From Phoronis australis (Eukaryota > Animalia > Phoronida), in NCBI GenBank assembly GCA_002633005.1, contig NMRA01000319.1, positions 227,546 to 291,545 of the forward strand: DNA of 64,000 bases, read 5' to 3'. The notes beneath the pieces were generated by a model. That model was not told the DNA's origin. It saw only the letters and a program-made list of their open reading frames with translations, and ran no database searches. This document shows positions 11,206-24,323 of this stretch, in pieces. Each line of letters starts with the position of its first letter. Within the stretch, counting starts at the first letter, position 1. Made by a program: the position numbers and the translations under genes.

Positions 11206-13500
11206 GTAAGTGTGCAGTCAACAGATGTGAAGATTTATTTTTGTTGATCGTGGTTGATCAGTAGGTTGGTAAAGGCTTAATTCCATTGATTTATAAATAT
11301 TCAGAGCAAACCACTTAATCACGTTGGGTTCCTTGTTTTTGAAAATATACAGTAGACTCGTAGTCTGTGTACCAGCTTGGTATAACTCGGTGAACTTGTG
11401 AAAACGTAAACAATCACTGTTTTGTTTCTGTGTTTACGAAAACACCTTTTCATAATGCTGTTGACCTTGTGCACTGCAGCACGCACGACATCGTGTGGTC
11501 ATGCGTAATGCGGGGTCAGGTCACAATGAAAAGGTTTTACTTGTGGTTAAAAACAAATTCATCAAAACGTCGATCATTCGTGCAACATTTTTTAACCGAA
11601 TTTTAGTGGTTGTTCAGGAATCTTAAAATGGTAACGTACTTTTGTGATTTTGAGAAAGTAGAGTGAAACTAGCCACCGTTGTAGAAAATATTCATTGCAA
11701 GAAATGAAACCCATCGATAGCGTTTATTAACATGTGTTACAAATCTAAGTCAACTGATCGTAGTTCTGACCATCTTAAAGGTATATTGAGTGTTATAGTG
11801 GTCATATGGCTATTACCTTGGAACATCCCAGCACACAGAATGGCACGTGACAAATGTTTGAATTAAATTTTTTGAGGGTCACGAGTCATGAAATGAGGCC
11901 ATTAATTATTTCTTGTTTTGTGTAGTCATACAGTGGGACTAATTGAGATGATGAACGTTTTTTGACTTAATAAACCGCTTCATTTAAATTTTTATGTTAC
12001 TTTGAAGTTACCGATGTAGCAGTCAATGTATCTGTAAATGAAAAGAATGATTTCTATGAAATCCCAATATTTTTCTGTGTTTCAGAAAATCCTTACCTAA
12101 GTAGTTAGCGTCAGTCAAGCAATAGGTGGCGTGCAGGCTTAGGACAAAGTAGCGAGTCTGAGCTTTGAAGATTATTTAGTTGACGTTCAAATACCACAAT
12201 AATTTTATATTATACCCAGATCAAGTGAAATCTGGTGATACATTTTGTTGCAAAAGATGCATACAAGTTGGCGACGTAGGTGCATAGAAAATACAAATTT
12301 TGGAATTGTGTATTGACTAGTATGTGTAAGTGAACGTATATCTGAAATTAATATCAAAATTTCATCAAATTCAGGCAAAAATGGTTGCCAAAATGCCTGT
12401 TTTGTTTTCCAATGACTTCTAGCATTTTTGTGTATGTACTCATTTTTTCAAAAATTTGTTATGCGCTAACTGTGATACAAAACTTGAACATGGAAGTCAT
12501 TTGATTCGGTTCTACGTGGAAAAATGACGAAATACGATTTTACTTGTCTGTCATAAGGTCCTAATTTGGTGAGGTTTTACTGTAGGCAAACGATGAGTTT
12601 TCATGTTTTGTTGCTGTCCGAAATTTTCCTGCGGTAGTTCTGGAGCTTATTTCTAAAAGTTAAGTATCTTGCATTCTTAGATTTGTATATGTATCAAAAC
12701 TGCAGTTAGGTTAGCATGTAGTTTAATTTATATTGACTTTGTGTCAAGTCTGTTATCCTCGATGGTAACATCGTATAACAGTGTCTCTGTTTTGTTTTGT
12801 TTTGTGATGTTTTAATTATGTCTGTGAGTAGAGGTTTAGTTGCAAATCCAAGGCAGAGTTGACCTTTTTATGGATAGCAAAAATCAATTTGTGTGCATCG
12901 CAGAGCATAGATTTATGGGACACTAGTGATTCATCCATAATTCAGGAACTGTCATGATGGCAACCGTCTGCTCTACGTAAAATGGCGGTTGAATGTGGAG
13001 AGTTGCTACCTGTTTATTGGTATCAACGATAAAATGAACTTTGGACTTCCTGAAGTGCTGCTAACATGGAGTGATTTCTACAAATCATTTTCCCCTGTCA
13101 ACTACTGTTGCTGCTTTGGATCTCTGCAATCCCATAATCCTTTATGTATATGATGTTATGTTCTATCCTTAAAAAGGTCACTAGGTCAAATGTACCTGAC
13201 AGGTCACCACAAGACTTGCTCCCTCGTTTATTGTAGTGAAACAAAGTTATGATCTCCAACCGGAAGAGTGGCCAGCGTGTTGTCGTCAAAATTTTGAAGT
13301 AACTAAGGATGACTGAAGAGAATGAAACTTACTGTCGTGTCTACCCCAGAATTCAATCTTTTCAGGTTTTTGTCCCTGAATTGGATCTTTAGCTCTACTC
13401 ATCGTTTACAAAACTGGGACTGTTGTTAACATGTACAATTCAATTATTACAACATCTGGATTGGTTATCGCTTCACACAATCACGTTCTTCTGTTTTCAG

Positions 13501-13768
13501 TTTATACCATAAAGAGCGAAGTGCCGTATTCAAGCGTCCCATAATTCCATTGGCTCCAAAAGAACGAGACAACCACTATTTCCGCATCCCAGATGACAAC
13601 AACTTTTTCCACGTCATGAGGCCAGCGACCACAGCTGCTGACTCCAACGAACTTCGCTATAAGTCATATCCAATCTCCTTCACAGAAGACCGCTCATTGT
13701 CAAGTCTCACTCGGGAGAAAACAAATCTTAGTATGACTGCTCCAGAAACCATTGTAGAGACTAATTGA
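13501..13768 (+). CDS. CFAP92: CFAP92-like terminal coding exon (SLYHKERSAVFKRPIIPLAPKERD...IVETN*)
   Basis: ttctgttttcAG acceptor ending 13500; phase-2 join keeps frame to TGA ending 13768; summed exon length (2644 nt minus 1 phase base) is divisible by 3. Confidence 0.78.
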
Positions 13769-16159
13769 TTTTTCTCGGATAACATATTTAAATTATGCAA
13801 ATTTTCTTTTTAGGAAAAACATTTTACTCCACATAGCAATCCAGGTATAAATATTTTGGCTCATGGTTCTTGGCCCAGGCCAAACTTACTCCTATTCCCA
13901 CATTTACAAAGATGTCTCTGTTTGGGGAGAAACTTGCAAGGATCCTTTCGGTGCGGCTCTCGTTACATGATGTGTATTTTTTGCTCAGCTGCATTTTATG
14001 GTGTGCGAAAATTTATTTAAAGTGACTGTGAAGTCGTACTTAAATTGGTGGCATCTGAGGCTGTATCGATTTTGCCTTCGATAATTTCTATGTTGACTGT
14101 GTTACGTATTTCTTATTGTCCATCGGGACATTCCCAGAATCCCCTGAGCTTTTTTGGATTGATACTATTTTCTACCTTCAATAATTTGTAGGATTTCGGG
14201 ATTAGGTTCATCCTCCTATCAATTTATTGTACATATCATTCTTTTCAGCGAGTGATTCGCATGTTGCAATTTAAGCACAAGTTGAAAAATATGAGTGCAC
14301 CTCATGTGATGCCGGTTGTTGTCAGAATTGGCTCTTATGCTCTGTTTTGTCAAAGTATTTGCCAGATAGACGCTGCGTTGCAGTCGACAGTCACTTGAAG
14401 GAACATTGTTTGGTTTTAGTGCGGAAAAACACATTTTTCTAATATTGTTGAGTGCGATGGACTTCTTGAAGTTGTTAACTTTGACACTCTTTTGTTTATG
14501 TTTCGTGATTTTGCTACGCATCAGCAATTGTCATGGTTGGCTGCCTGTCATTCTCCAAAATTGATGCCTGTGGTTATATCAGTTTAATGTGCTTAAAATA
14601 CTCTGGTATTTACCAAGTGGGGTTTAGGTTGGCTAGTATAGTGGTGGAATGTGGCCGCTGAGGTGGTGATTGCGAACCTGTCTTGGAGCTGATCGCAAAA
14701 AGCAATTTTTTTCTGGCTAATTGTGTTACTCTGCTCTGCCAATCTAGTTTACACGTAATCTGTAACGTCTGTCGAGTTTGTAAACAATTAATAACACGCA
14801 TATCTTTATGTGGACACTGCTGATGTTGTTGAGATTAAATTATGGAAATTTTAATGGAGCGCTTTAAATGGCTTGTTGTTGGTGATTTTCACTTGTTACG
14901 GCTATCACTGTTATGCTAAATGAAGTCAAATTTTCTCTATTTTTTACCTAGAGTGTAGCATAGATGTCATTTTCTGTACAAAATCAATAACCAATTTAGT
15001 CGTCGTGCCAACATCATTTCCTGGTGCCTACTTCATTTAAGTGGTAGGATGTAAATCCAATAGTGATCCATTCAGAAAGATGAAGAGTGAATTTTGAGAT
15101 CATGTCATCTTTTCAAAAATTCAGTGGTAAGTTATTTTCATGCCTGAAGACAACACTAAGAAGTTATTTACATATCAGTATATCTTAATTACTGGTATAT
15201 CTTAATTAGGGGTTTCAAGAGTTAAAAGTGGAGGTTTCAGTTGCAGCTCTTTTCATAATACCTTATCATTATTTTTGACAACATTAAATTCTTTCACTTT
15301 TGATTCTTGGACTCATTAAGGTAATATGAATTACTCAGTTTGGTCTCCGATGTAAAGGAATAATGAAATTTGTTTTTAAATTTTGTTACTCAACTTTAAA
15401 GTTTCACCAAATATGTGCATTTCACCTTCAGATGGGCAAACTGTACCACGCCCAGAACCTGTGACATCATCAACAGGGTTGTTATAGGCAACTTTCAGTC
15501 AGACTCGGAACTTTTGTTGATGTTATTTTCCTTCTACTTCTTTTGTTTATACTGATGAGATGACCATATAGCCTGGACTAAATGGTTTCATCCTATGCAC
15601 ACTGAATGGATAGTCAAAAAAGAAAAGTTGATTCTGATCTTTGCCTGACTCATTTTGAGACCTGGGCTCACCAACAATAAAAACGTCCACCCTCATCAAG
15701 TGCTTTTGTAAAGCTGCAAAAAGGCATGTAAGCAAAGTTTGAAATGCCATGATTTGCCCAGTAATGAGTAAGAAAATCAAATAGACTTAATTTTTGCTCA
15801 TCTCGGTGGAATTTTTTTTTTTTGAAAAAAACAGGGCACCACAGACTTGGGTTTCAGATAAACAGGTCAGGGCCAACTATGTTGTTTTTTTTTTACCTTT
15901 CTTGATTTTATGTGTCCCGTTTGAGTTTCATAACCTCCATACTCATCCGTTAAGCAAAGATTGCTCAATAGGTCATTACACTTTATTTACTCTTTAAAAC
16001 TTGATTGTTAGCCAGTGCTCAGTTACAATATCTTTACCTTGTGTTTACTGCTGATATGGACAATCCCTCTTGCCAAGGTTTTGATGCTTGTTGATTTAAG
16101 AAGAGATTAGATGTCTGTGTATATCTATTCATATGCATTGTGGATTTACTGCTGTCGCT

Positions 16160-16281
16160 GTTACTTGGAGTGATCGTTCTGTGTTACCAGTGTTGAAGGT
16201 CTCCAAAGTGTCACCTTGTCGTTACTTGGAGTGATCGTTATGTGTTACCAGTGTTGAAGGTCTCCAAAGTGTCACCTTGTC
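16160..16281. repeat. Tandem duplication, 61-bp unit x2, in the putative 3' UTR
   Basis: GTTACTTGGAGTGATCGTT(C/A)TGTGTTACCAGTG...CCTTGTC at 16160 and 16221, one mismatch. Confidence 0.95.
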
Positions 16282-16429
16282 GGTTTTCTATTTTTCGAAG
16301 ATTTCTTTTACACTGATACAACTTATAGGCGTATTGAATATGGATGTTTGCATGTTTTGCGATATTTGAAATTCAGTGTATTAGGGTGGAACCTGTTATG
16401 AAATATGTATAGCTAGATTATTTATTTTG

Positions 16430-16435
16430 AATAAA
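16430..16435 (+). terminator. Candidate polyadenylation signal of the CFAP92-like gene (alternative AATAAA at 15676-15681)
   Basis: AATAAA followed by a T/GT-rich tract; coincides with the change from CpG-poor to CpG-rich sequence. Confidence 0.4.
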
Positions 16436-19150
16436 TATTTGTCTCTATTCTCTTTTATGTTTCTGTATAATTTACTTAGTGGTGCAAAAGCGTTTTTCAT
16501 CCAGAAGTAAAAATGTCACTTTCCGGTTGTGAGAAAGAATCCCGATTCTATTTAAACAAGACCTGATATTTTTGGGTTAAAGATCTCGACGATTCGCTCG
16601 GCATGATGAGGTTTTGCGATGCAACCCAACCAAAACAAGTTTTAAAAACTGATTCTTTGCGGTGTTTTCGCACGGAAACGATTTCAATTTTGGCCAGACT
16701 GAGCCCGGATTACACAGTGTGTGTGCTATATAGACTGCTTCCAAACTTTTGCGCATAATTTACGTACTTAACGGTTCGCGACATAAATTGGTCGCACGTA
16801 AGGTATGACGTGTACGAGATTGCGTACTGTGTACGCCTCCGCCGGGATCAGGACGCGAACGTCGATACGCAGTTCTGGCGTCTACTTTTATTCACGTACC
16901 GTTTACGTTTAATTCCCGCATGTTAAAAAGGTGTGACGAATTTTTAATAATTTGAAAATTCTTCATGCGGCATACCACCCACTCACGCACAGTTCATAGA
17001 CAGTTCACTCACGCAACCGATCCGTGCCACGATGATTTACGAGCTAATGCGTGTCACTAATTCGCGCAAGTGTCATGGCGCTTAACTCTCCTAAGTCCGC
17101 TATTACATTTTACCGTACATAGACGTATACGTCGAACCGCTTGATACATTTAAAATAAGATAGTGCTCAGCTACCCTCGTCAATCCTTAAAAGTTTCAGG
17201 CGGTAATTAAAAACCCCTTGCAGAGCCTTCCCAATCGGGAAGCGTAGCTAACTTATAAGGTGGGTTACACGACTGCGGGGACAAACCATCCTCCTAAAAC
17301 CACGGCCCACAGCTGAACAATGATTTGCTACGGCAATTTTTCTCTTAGAAAACAATATGGCCGACAAGTGATATTCTATTCTTTCGAATTTCTCCACTAA
17401 AATAAAGAATCACAAAAATTTAGTATGTACTTTGCAGAAGTCATAAAACAACTCTTTAGTGATGGAATGTATGTTACTCATCCAGTTGTGGCATATTGCA
17501 GTTGATCTCGAGAAGTCTTCAGAGATGGGGTCTCTACGATAGGCCTATCATTATTATTCAGTAAGTCCAGAAATTGCTTAATTTATTTCGATTTGAATTT
17601 TTTAGTAAATTCCATTATTTGCAGTAGCCCATAAACCTTTGAGAAATGGAAAATGACAATTTTGACAATTATTTTTGTGCCAAATATATGTAAGTCGCGA
17701 ATTGCCGTATTCGGAGGAGGCACCAGTGACGTATCAGCAGGTGAAATGCCAGCTTTGGGTGAAATCGCCAAAACGTGTTTTTGCCTTATCCTTAGTTGGA
17801 CCTGTTAAAGAAACGTTTTTCACCAAAACCCGCCGGTGGCATCAGCGGACTTGGTTAACATCTTTTCTCAATCCTAACCTACCAGGAAGACAAGTTAACA
17901 AACTGTGTCGTACTTGAATACAACACTGTTGGCAGAAAATGCAATTGTTCGCGGGTCTCTTTCCAGTAGCCGAAGATAATACAGCCGTCCTAATAAGAAT
18001 ACCATTGATGTCAGAAATTTGGTTTGTCAGCGATCAAATACTATCCAATAGACTAATTTAATTAAAGAACAATTTGAGACAAGCTTCATCAGTGTTAGTG
18101 GATCAAGTCAGGATTTATTTTTGTGGCAAATTGCGGGTTTATAATCGTTTTAACAAACGAGCAAAACGGTGACACCAAAGCGGGACACGGTTTAACTAGA
18201 AGCTAACTATTCATTAAACATAGCTTACCGAGTTCCAAATTAAATTTAGCTGTTGATTTATGAGGGTAGTGGCATGACATCGATTGGTTTCTCACCGGAA
18301 AAAAATAATTTTCAAGCATTACAAGGAGTTTCTTGCTTTGGTTCTACCATTCTTGTAGTGTAACTGAATTAATCCTGATTTTAGTCAGGGCTGCGACCAA
18401 TAATTTTCTACGGCTGAGTCATTCTGCCCCTAATGCTTTGCGGCCTACGCGTAGGATTGTGGTATTCAAGTGCGCAATATTAGTTAGACTTCACTTGTTT
18501 CATAGTTTTTGATAATAAAAGACCGTTTAAATACTATTATTTACGCTCGCGGTAATTATTCATGTGGATGGAAAATGAAATGAGGCCCCCTGGATGCGCC
18601 CCTGTCATTTTAGCAACCCAAAAGTGGCCAAGCAGCTGGTTAGCGCCCTGACACCTTGGACCCTGTTACGACATACCGCCATTAAACGACATAAATTGTA
18701 ACCCCCTCCCCTGTATGAATCAGTTTCATAATTTAGAGCCGGTTTGAAGAAGTTACACATCTCAGTGACCCTAAACTGCTAAATCGAGAACTTGTAGAAA
18801 ATGTTTCATTGGCCTGGATAAGTACTAAAAATATGAACAAAATCAACAATATGTTGTTTTATTATAGCAGTGTGATATTGGTGCAATTGGGTACCTGGTA
18901 AAAGGACACAGAGACAGGCCAATTCCTAGTGTGTGACAGATGCGTGCACACCCCTACCTTTAGGTGGTCCGCCCAAAGAGACACAAAAACAGAATTTCAA
19001 TCCTTTTCCTGGCAATTAAGTGTTCAAATCACTATTCCTGTTTTTTCTAGGACACACCCAGTCTCAATGAAATGCCAATGTAGAATCTGGTAAAACATTT
19101 TAAAATCCGGGATAAACGTTTATTAAAAAGCACTAGTTGTCGAGTCTAAT

Positions 19151-19177
19151 GGGTGTGGCCCCTCATCAGGTATAAAG
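19151..19177 (+). promoter_or_regulatory. Candidate Pol II core promoter (GT-box GGGTGTGG + TATAAAG)
   Basis: Motif match only; a GTAAGT donor follows at 19881. Confidence 0.22.
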
Positions 19178-19406
19178 GCAAGTGGCGTAAAAGGCTTTCT
19201 CATGCTAATCTGTTCAAAACTACAAAAGAAAGGACGTGGAAGCCTCGAAAGCTAGTGTTGTGAGTCGGCATCGTGTAAATCAATAGGTTAAAATAAATTC
19301 CGAGACATTCCGTCGACATTAACTTTGTGACCTCCACTTCTACCACGTGCAACCACTTAGTAGCACCAAACAAACTGTGGGAGACGACAATTTATGTCAC
19401 TGCTAT

Positions 19407-19460
19407 AATAACAATAACGATGACGATGACGATGACTATGACGATGACGAAGAGGATGAC
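19407..19460. repeat. Degenerate (AAY)/(GAY)n trinucleotide tract
   Basis: Directly visible. Confidence 0.85.
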
Positions 19461-19993
19461 GCGCTACTAAGGCTTTCAACAATCCCACTACAACAGAATA
19501 CTGTGCTTTATAATTTCACTCATCATACTCAGCAAGTCTAAAAGCCTGCCTGAGGCATTTTGCAAATGTTTTAATGTTTTTGTTAGCTATGACAGTTTCC
19601 ACAGAAACTGATTTACTTCCAAAGCATGGTTCTCTAATGCTCTGATAAGTAAAACACCGACCGACGTGGTGTTCTGGTGTTTCATCTTCCATCCAGTCAG
19701 TGATTGATCACATGTTCACCGATGTTTGAAAAGTGGATGAAAGGGAAACTGAACAGTTCTCCAATGAACGTTTTACGGAATGAAATGAAACCGATATAGC
19801 GGAATGAAGGAACCTGCGGAGCCAAAACCAGCGTACATTCCCTAAGCATCGTTGTGCTCCCTAGGTCTCAAGGAATGTTTGTAAGTATCGTGGTCCAGAT
19901 TTAATTTCTCTTTCATTATTAAAGTAGAAAATATATCTGAAACTAAATAAGGCGATCCAGATCCTCCCAAGGATACTATTGTTTCATGAAATG

Positions 19994-20209
19994 AAGAATA
20001 TAAATCGGTAAATAAAATAACAAGAATGGATCAACTGAAATTTGAAATTTTCGGATGTAATAACTTCCGTTGTCAACAAAAATAGAAATAAAGTAAAATC
20101 CTTTATGTACTTTATTTCTGTTTTTGTTGACAAAGGAAGTTATTACATCCGAAAATTTCAAATTTCAATTGATCCATTCTTGTTGTTTTATTTACCGATT
20201 TATAATCTT
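19994..20209. mobile_element. Near-perfect ~215-bp palindrome (foldback or MITE-like)
   Basis: Arms of about 100 bp (TATAAATCGGTAAATAAAA... / ...TTTTATTTACCGATTTATA) with few mismatches around a spacer of about 12 nt near 20100. Confidence 0.85.
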
Positions 20210-21485
20210 TGATTATGAAATTTCCTGGATGGATAAAGATTTTCATTTCAAAACTGCTCATATTGCATCTGTGAAGTCTTTAGTCCCTTGTTCCTCGGAA
20301 TAACATTTAGGACTTTGTTGGGGTTTGCTTAGTGAAAATGATAATTAATTACTCAAACTTTCGCGTTTAGTGCAATGCATCTTACGTGATCCGTCAAATA
20401 ATGATAAAGAATACTCTGCAGTTGAATACACAACTGGTAGTTTGAAAATGCTTCTGTTGTAATAATTGACCCTCAAGACATAGGTACAGACACCTAATTT
20501 ATTCAAATACGCGAAAGAGTCAGACGTAAGTGTGATTTTGCAAAATAACGAAAATTCTGTGATGACGGCATTAATTTATATATAAGTGTACGCGGGACAT
20601 TTTTTTTGCTCGTTAACATCAATTTTCACACCTAATTTCCTTTACAAAAATGTAATTTATAAGTTGATGTCCACGGGTGCATTCAACTAATCTTTCTTGG
20701 CTTAAAAAAACATTTGTAAGAGTAAATTTTAAGAAATTTTTAATCTTAATTACAGTAGAAAATCAAAAAGATCTTTAATGGATTTCTGAACTGATCTAGA
20801 AGATATATTACAACCCTGGGGAGGACAGTTTCGCTCGTTACATCACGTTGCCTTCTAAACCGACGCATGTTTGTACTACTCCTACCGTGACCTCCTTTGG
20901 AAGTTATTGAATAACTGGACCATTGATGTTCCAAGATTATTTAGAATGATTAGCAGGATACAATTAGTTAAATCAATAAGATTCAGGATTTCGTACGATG
21001 GATGCAAAATGATTGTCATCGGATCTTGTGTTAAGTCTCGCAAATTTTCGTGGTTGACGAGATGTGTGAAATCTGAATATTGTGTATGGAAAAAACATTT
21101 TCTATCACAATAATCTATTGAATGAAAAAGGCCACTTTGTTGCTTCTTTTTTATAAAAAACGTGTAGTCACTCAAAGAAACCGGTTATGGAAAGAGGTGC
21201 CTAACCGAAGTACAAGTACGCTAGAGCTACTTTCTACTGACTGCAGTGGGAGGACTTCTTACGGCATGATCCATCTGTACTTATTGATAACAAATGATTT
21301 TTACAGTGCCTGGTACAAAAAGCTGTAGTGTATATTTAGGACATATTTGACTCTGACGATGTTTAAATAATCGCTTGGAGCTTTACTCCGGCCTTCGCTT
21401 TTTTGTTGGACTTCGAGACGTAATTCAATAAAATTGGAAGTTCTACAAAATCTGTCTTGCAGGTACTGTTAGTCTTCCATATCCC

Positions 21486-21705
21486 ATGCCAAATGACGTC
21501 ACATGGAGCTCGCAAGGCATTGTTTAACTTGCGGCATGTGTGTGGCGGGCGTAAGCGTCACCGTATTGTTATCACCTAGGGGGCGCTACCATTGTTTCCC
21601 TTTTTTGCGTCTTTGCTGGATATAACAAACAATACAGTGGCAGGGATATCGCACATCAGCCGGTTACAGATAAATGATTTCCGTTATCTTTGTTGTTATT
21701 GTAAC
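21486..21705 (+). repeat. Dispersed repeat A, copy 1 (paralog at 63230-63430)
   Basis: Shared ATGCCAAATGACGTC, CGTAAGCG, CGCTAYCATTGTTT, TGGATATAACAA, GATAAATG blocks in the same order. Confidence 0.75.
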
Positions 21706-22818
21706 AAGTGAACAATGCAGGCAGCACTGAATCTACCGATCTCTACGCCTCCAGCTTGCAAGACATTTTACTCACTAGTTTCTCTTCAAAAAGTTAATAG
21801 ACCATTTAGTACGAATTGCTTAGACGACCAAAATATGAAGGCAGTTAAAAAATGTTTGAATTTAGATCTTGCACTGTGTGGTAGAAATGACACACGTTTT
21901 GTCTGTTTTTTTTTTTATTTACTTCTGACGTTACTCTTCCGATGGTTCCAGTTGCGGTGAATCAGTGAAATATTGGGAACAAGCAGTCCTTTGTTTAAAA
22001 CTGGCATCTCCGATTCCAATTTAATATGTAGTTTTTGCTTAGTGACGTAATCGGCGACAATGACGCATGACTGGAATGCTCACAATTGAAAGAACTCCGT
22101 AAATTTGTCTCAGAAAACACTTCACAACAGTTCGGACAGTTTTATCAAAAATATCTGACGTAAATGAGTTTTTCGTTTGCTTTTGCATTATATTAGCAAA
22201 AATCTGCGGACCAAGTGAATATCGACTACTTTGGCGGTTGAGCTACGTGACCCTCAGGCACTACCTGAAATTTAATGCATGTAATTTTAGAGATCAGGCA
22301 CAATGTTCAACTACACAATACACTGGTAAGCAGTTGTAGTTATTAGGTTATCTGGTGTAAAAAATGAGGATTTGGACGGTTAAGTTTGCGAGTTTTGAAT
22401 AATCAGTAGCTCGCTGACTGGCCGTGATTGTTCGAGAACTTTTGAGACTGAGCGATAACCTCGTTCCGGTCTATAGCGCCCAGTCGGCTTCGTGGAAACC
22501 GAAAGTACCAAAAGTTCCCGACTGTAATAACTTCCCTAATTGGTAAGTCACGTGAACTGACTAGTCTAATAGGCATCGTTATTAAAACGACTGCATAGAA
22601 TATAGAAAACACTGTTTTTATTTTGTTATTATTCTGCACGCAATGGATTATTCTAAGTATTCTTTGGACGGTGCAATACGAAGACAAATCGGTTGGACTG
22701 GGTTCGTATCAGTGTTGCGCATACGAACACGGAGGGTGTGCTCATAAAATTTTACTGTAACTGAGCGGACATTAAAATTAAAAAAGTAAAAGAAGTAGAG
22801 ATGTAGAGACCAACCTGT

Positions 22819-22960
22819 GCCCTTGTTGGAGGGACCAGCCCTTGTTGGAGGGACCAGCCCTTGTTGGAGGGGCCAGCCCTTGTTGGAGGGACCAGCCCTT
22901 GTTGGAGGGACCAGCCCTTGTTGGAGGACCAGCCCTTGTTGGAGGGACCAGCCCTTGTTG
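22819..22960. repeat. Minisatellite, 19-bp unit GCCCTTGTTGGAGGGACCA, about 7.5 copies
   Basis: Directly visible. Confidence 0.97.
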
Positions 22961-23039
22961 CTAACTGGCTGACCTAAGACCAACCATACATGTAGATCAG
23001 AGCCGTCTACTCCGCGATGAATTTAATCAGTAAATAGTC

Positions 23040-23570
23040 AAACTGAAAACATTATAGGCTTCTAAAAATTAGATTTACGTTTAAAATCAATCAAAATTAA
23101 GCATTACTGTCAAGTTATTTTAGGAAGACTTGAGAGAAATGCAAACCAACCCTCGTTAGACAGTTCTGCAAATGTTTAAGTCATCTAGCACGACAGCCCG
23201 GTGATCGATTTCGTTCCCAAATGTTTATTCCCGTGAGGTCACTCCTCCAGCGTGTTTCGGCTCTCTGCGACACCGCCTGCGTCTGCCATTTCAAAGTCAC
23301 CCACTCGAAACATGCAGATGATGAGGTCGCCCCTCGATTTCAATTAATTCATCTCGCATTGCAGTCCAGCGTTCGATTTCGTTCTCAAATCATTATCCCT
23401 CCATCGTGCTTCGGCTCTCCATCTATTTTCCACACCAAAGCTAGGGAAATTACCCTTGGCTTTAATCACGCTGGCGTTGCGCAGGGCAACACACTGCCCG
23501 TGTCCCCCATTTCAACGTCACCTTCTCGAAGCATGCAGCTAACGAGGTCGGGCGTCGATTTTAGTTATTA
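23040..23570 (+). mobile_element. Dispersed repeat B, copy 1, probably a non-autonomous DNA transposon (paralog at 47125-47480)
   Basis: Shared TTTACGTTTAAAATCAATCAAAATTAAGCAT, CGATTTCGTTCCCAAATG, GAGGTC...TCGATTTTAGTTA; this copy has an internal repeat of CGATTTCGTTCYCAAAT. Confidence 0.7.
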
Positions 23571-23899
23571 GGAATCGGCGAGTCATAATATTATCTCCAA
23601 GATACTACAGTTTTGTTATTTTAATAGCTTTGGTCAAATTTAAAACTTTAAAAAAATCAATCTTCTCCAAAAATAACCCATAAAATGCGTTTTGATCGTA
23701 AAACCGGTTGTGTCTCTAAATAAAAAAGTATTTGATTATAATGCTAAAAAATCGTTTTTCTTAAGTGCAAAATTGTAAACAGCAGCTTTTTGTTGAATGT
23801 GAGTGTGTGTGTACATGGATGAATGCATGGCTAAACTGATAACAATTTATTGCTGTTGTTATTGTTTGAATTTATTATCTTACCACCCAGCTGTGGTGG

Positions 23900-24225
23900 A
23901 CACACTGAATTACCGAGGGAAGAAATCTTTAAATAGTACTGAAGATGAAAAACATGTTTATTAGACTGTCCGTTTTATAATGAATTGAAAAAGCAATACA
24001 ACATTAATGCAAATGTGAATATCTATCGTATCTACTTATTTCCGGTCATTATGCTCGAATCGAATTGTTTTGACTTGTCTAAGTATGTCGTCGCTGCTGC
24101 TAGGGAAGAAGTGTGGTGGCGCTGTAGTAAAGTTACTGTAAATGTGTTTCTGTATTGCTTTGATTATAATTTTTATATGGGCCAGGTGTCAATATGCTGC
24201 GAATGATGTTTATTATTATCATAAT
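23900..24225 (+). mobile_element. Decayed 3' end of a non-LTR retrotransposon (C-terminal CCHC-type tail)
   Basis: From 23941: EDEKHV-[1-nt frameshift]-LDCPFYNELKKQY, matching the EDExHxLLxCPxY motif after the RT domain of several LINE clades; later LSKYV and a short (TTA)n tail. Confidence 0.65.
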
Positions 24226-24323
24226 CAAAAATGTTGAAAAAATTATATGCTCTACACAGTAATGCAATTTCGCTAAATGTATATTCTTTCAGGGGGGTGA
24301 CAGAATGTGTCATCACAATGAAA

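Noticed and set aside
16160-16281. CAGTGT loops in the UTR duplication as iron-responsive elements
   Set aside because: Bases flanking CAGTGN do not form the required 5-bp upper stem
19347-19541. Poly-Asn/Asp ORF
   Set aside because: Trinucleotide tract, non-ATG start, no splice context
22648-22983. Gln/Gly/Pro repeat ORF
   Set aside because: 19-bp minisatellite translation
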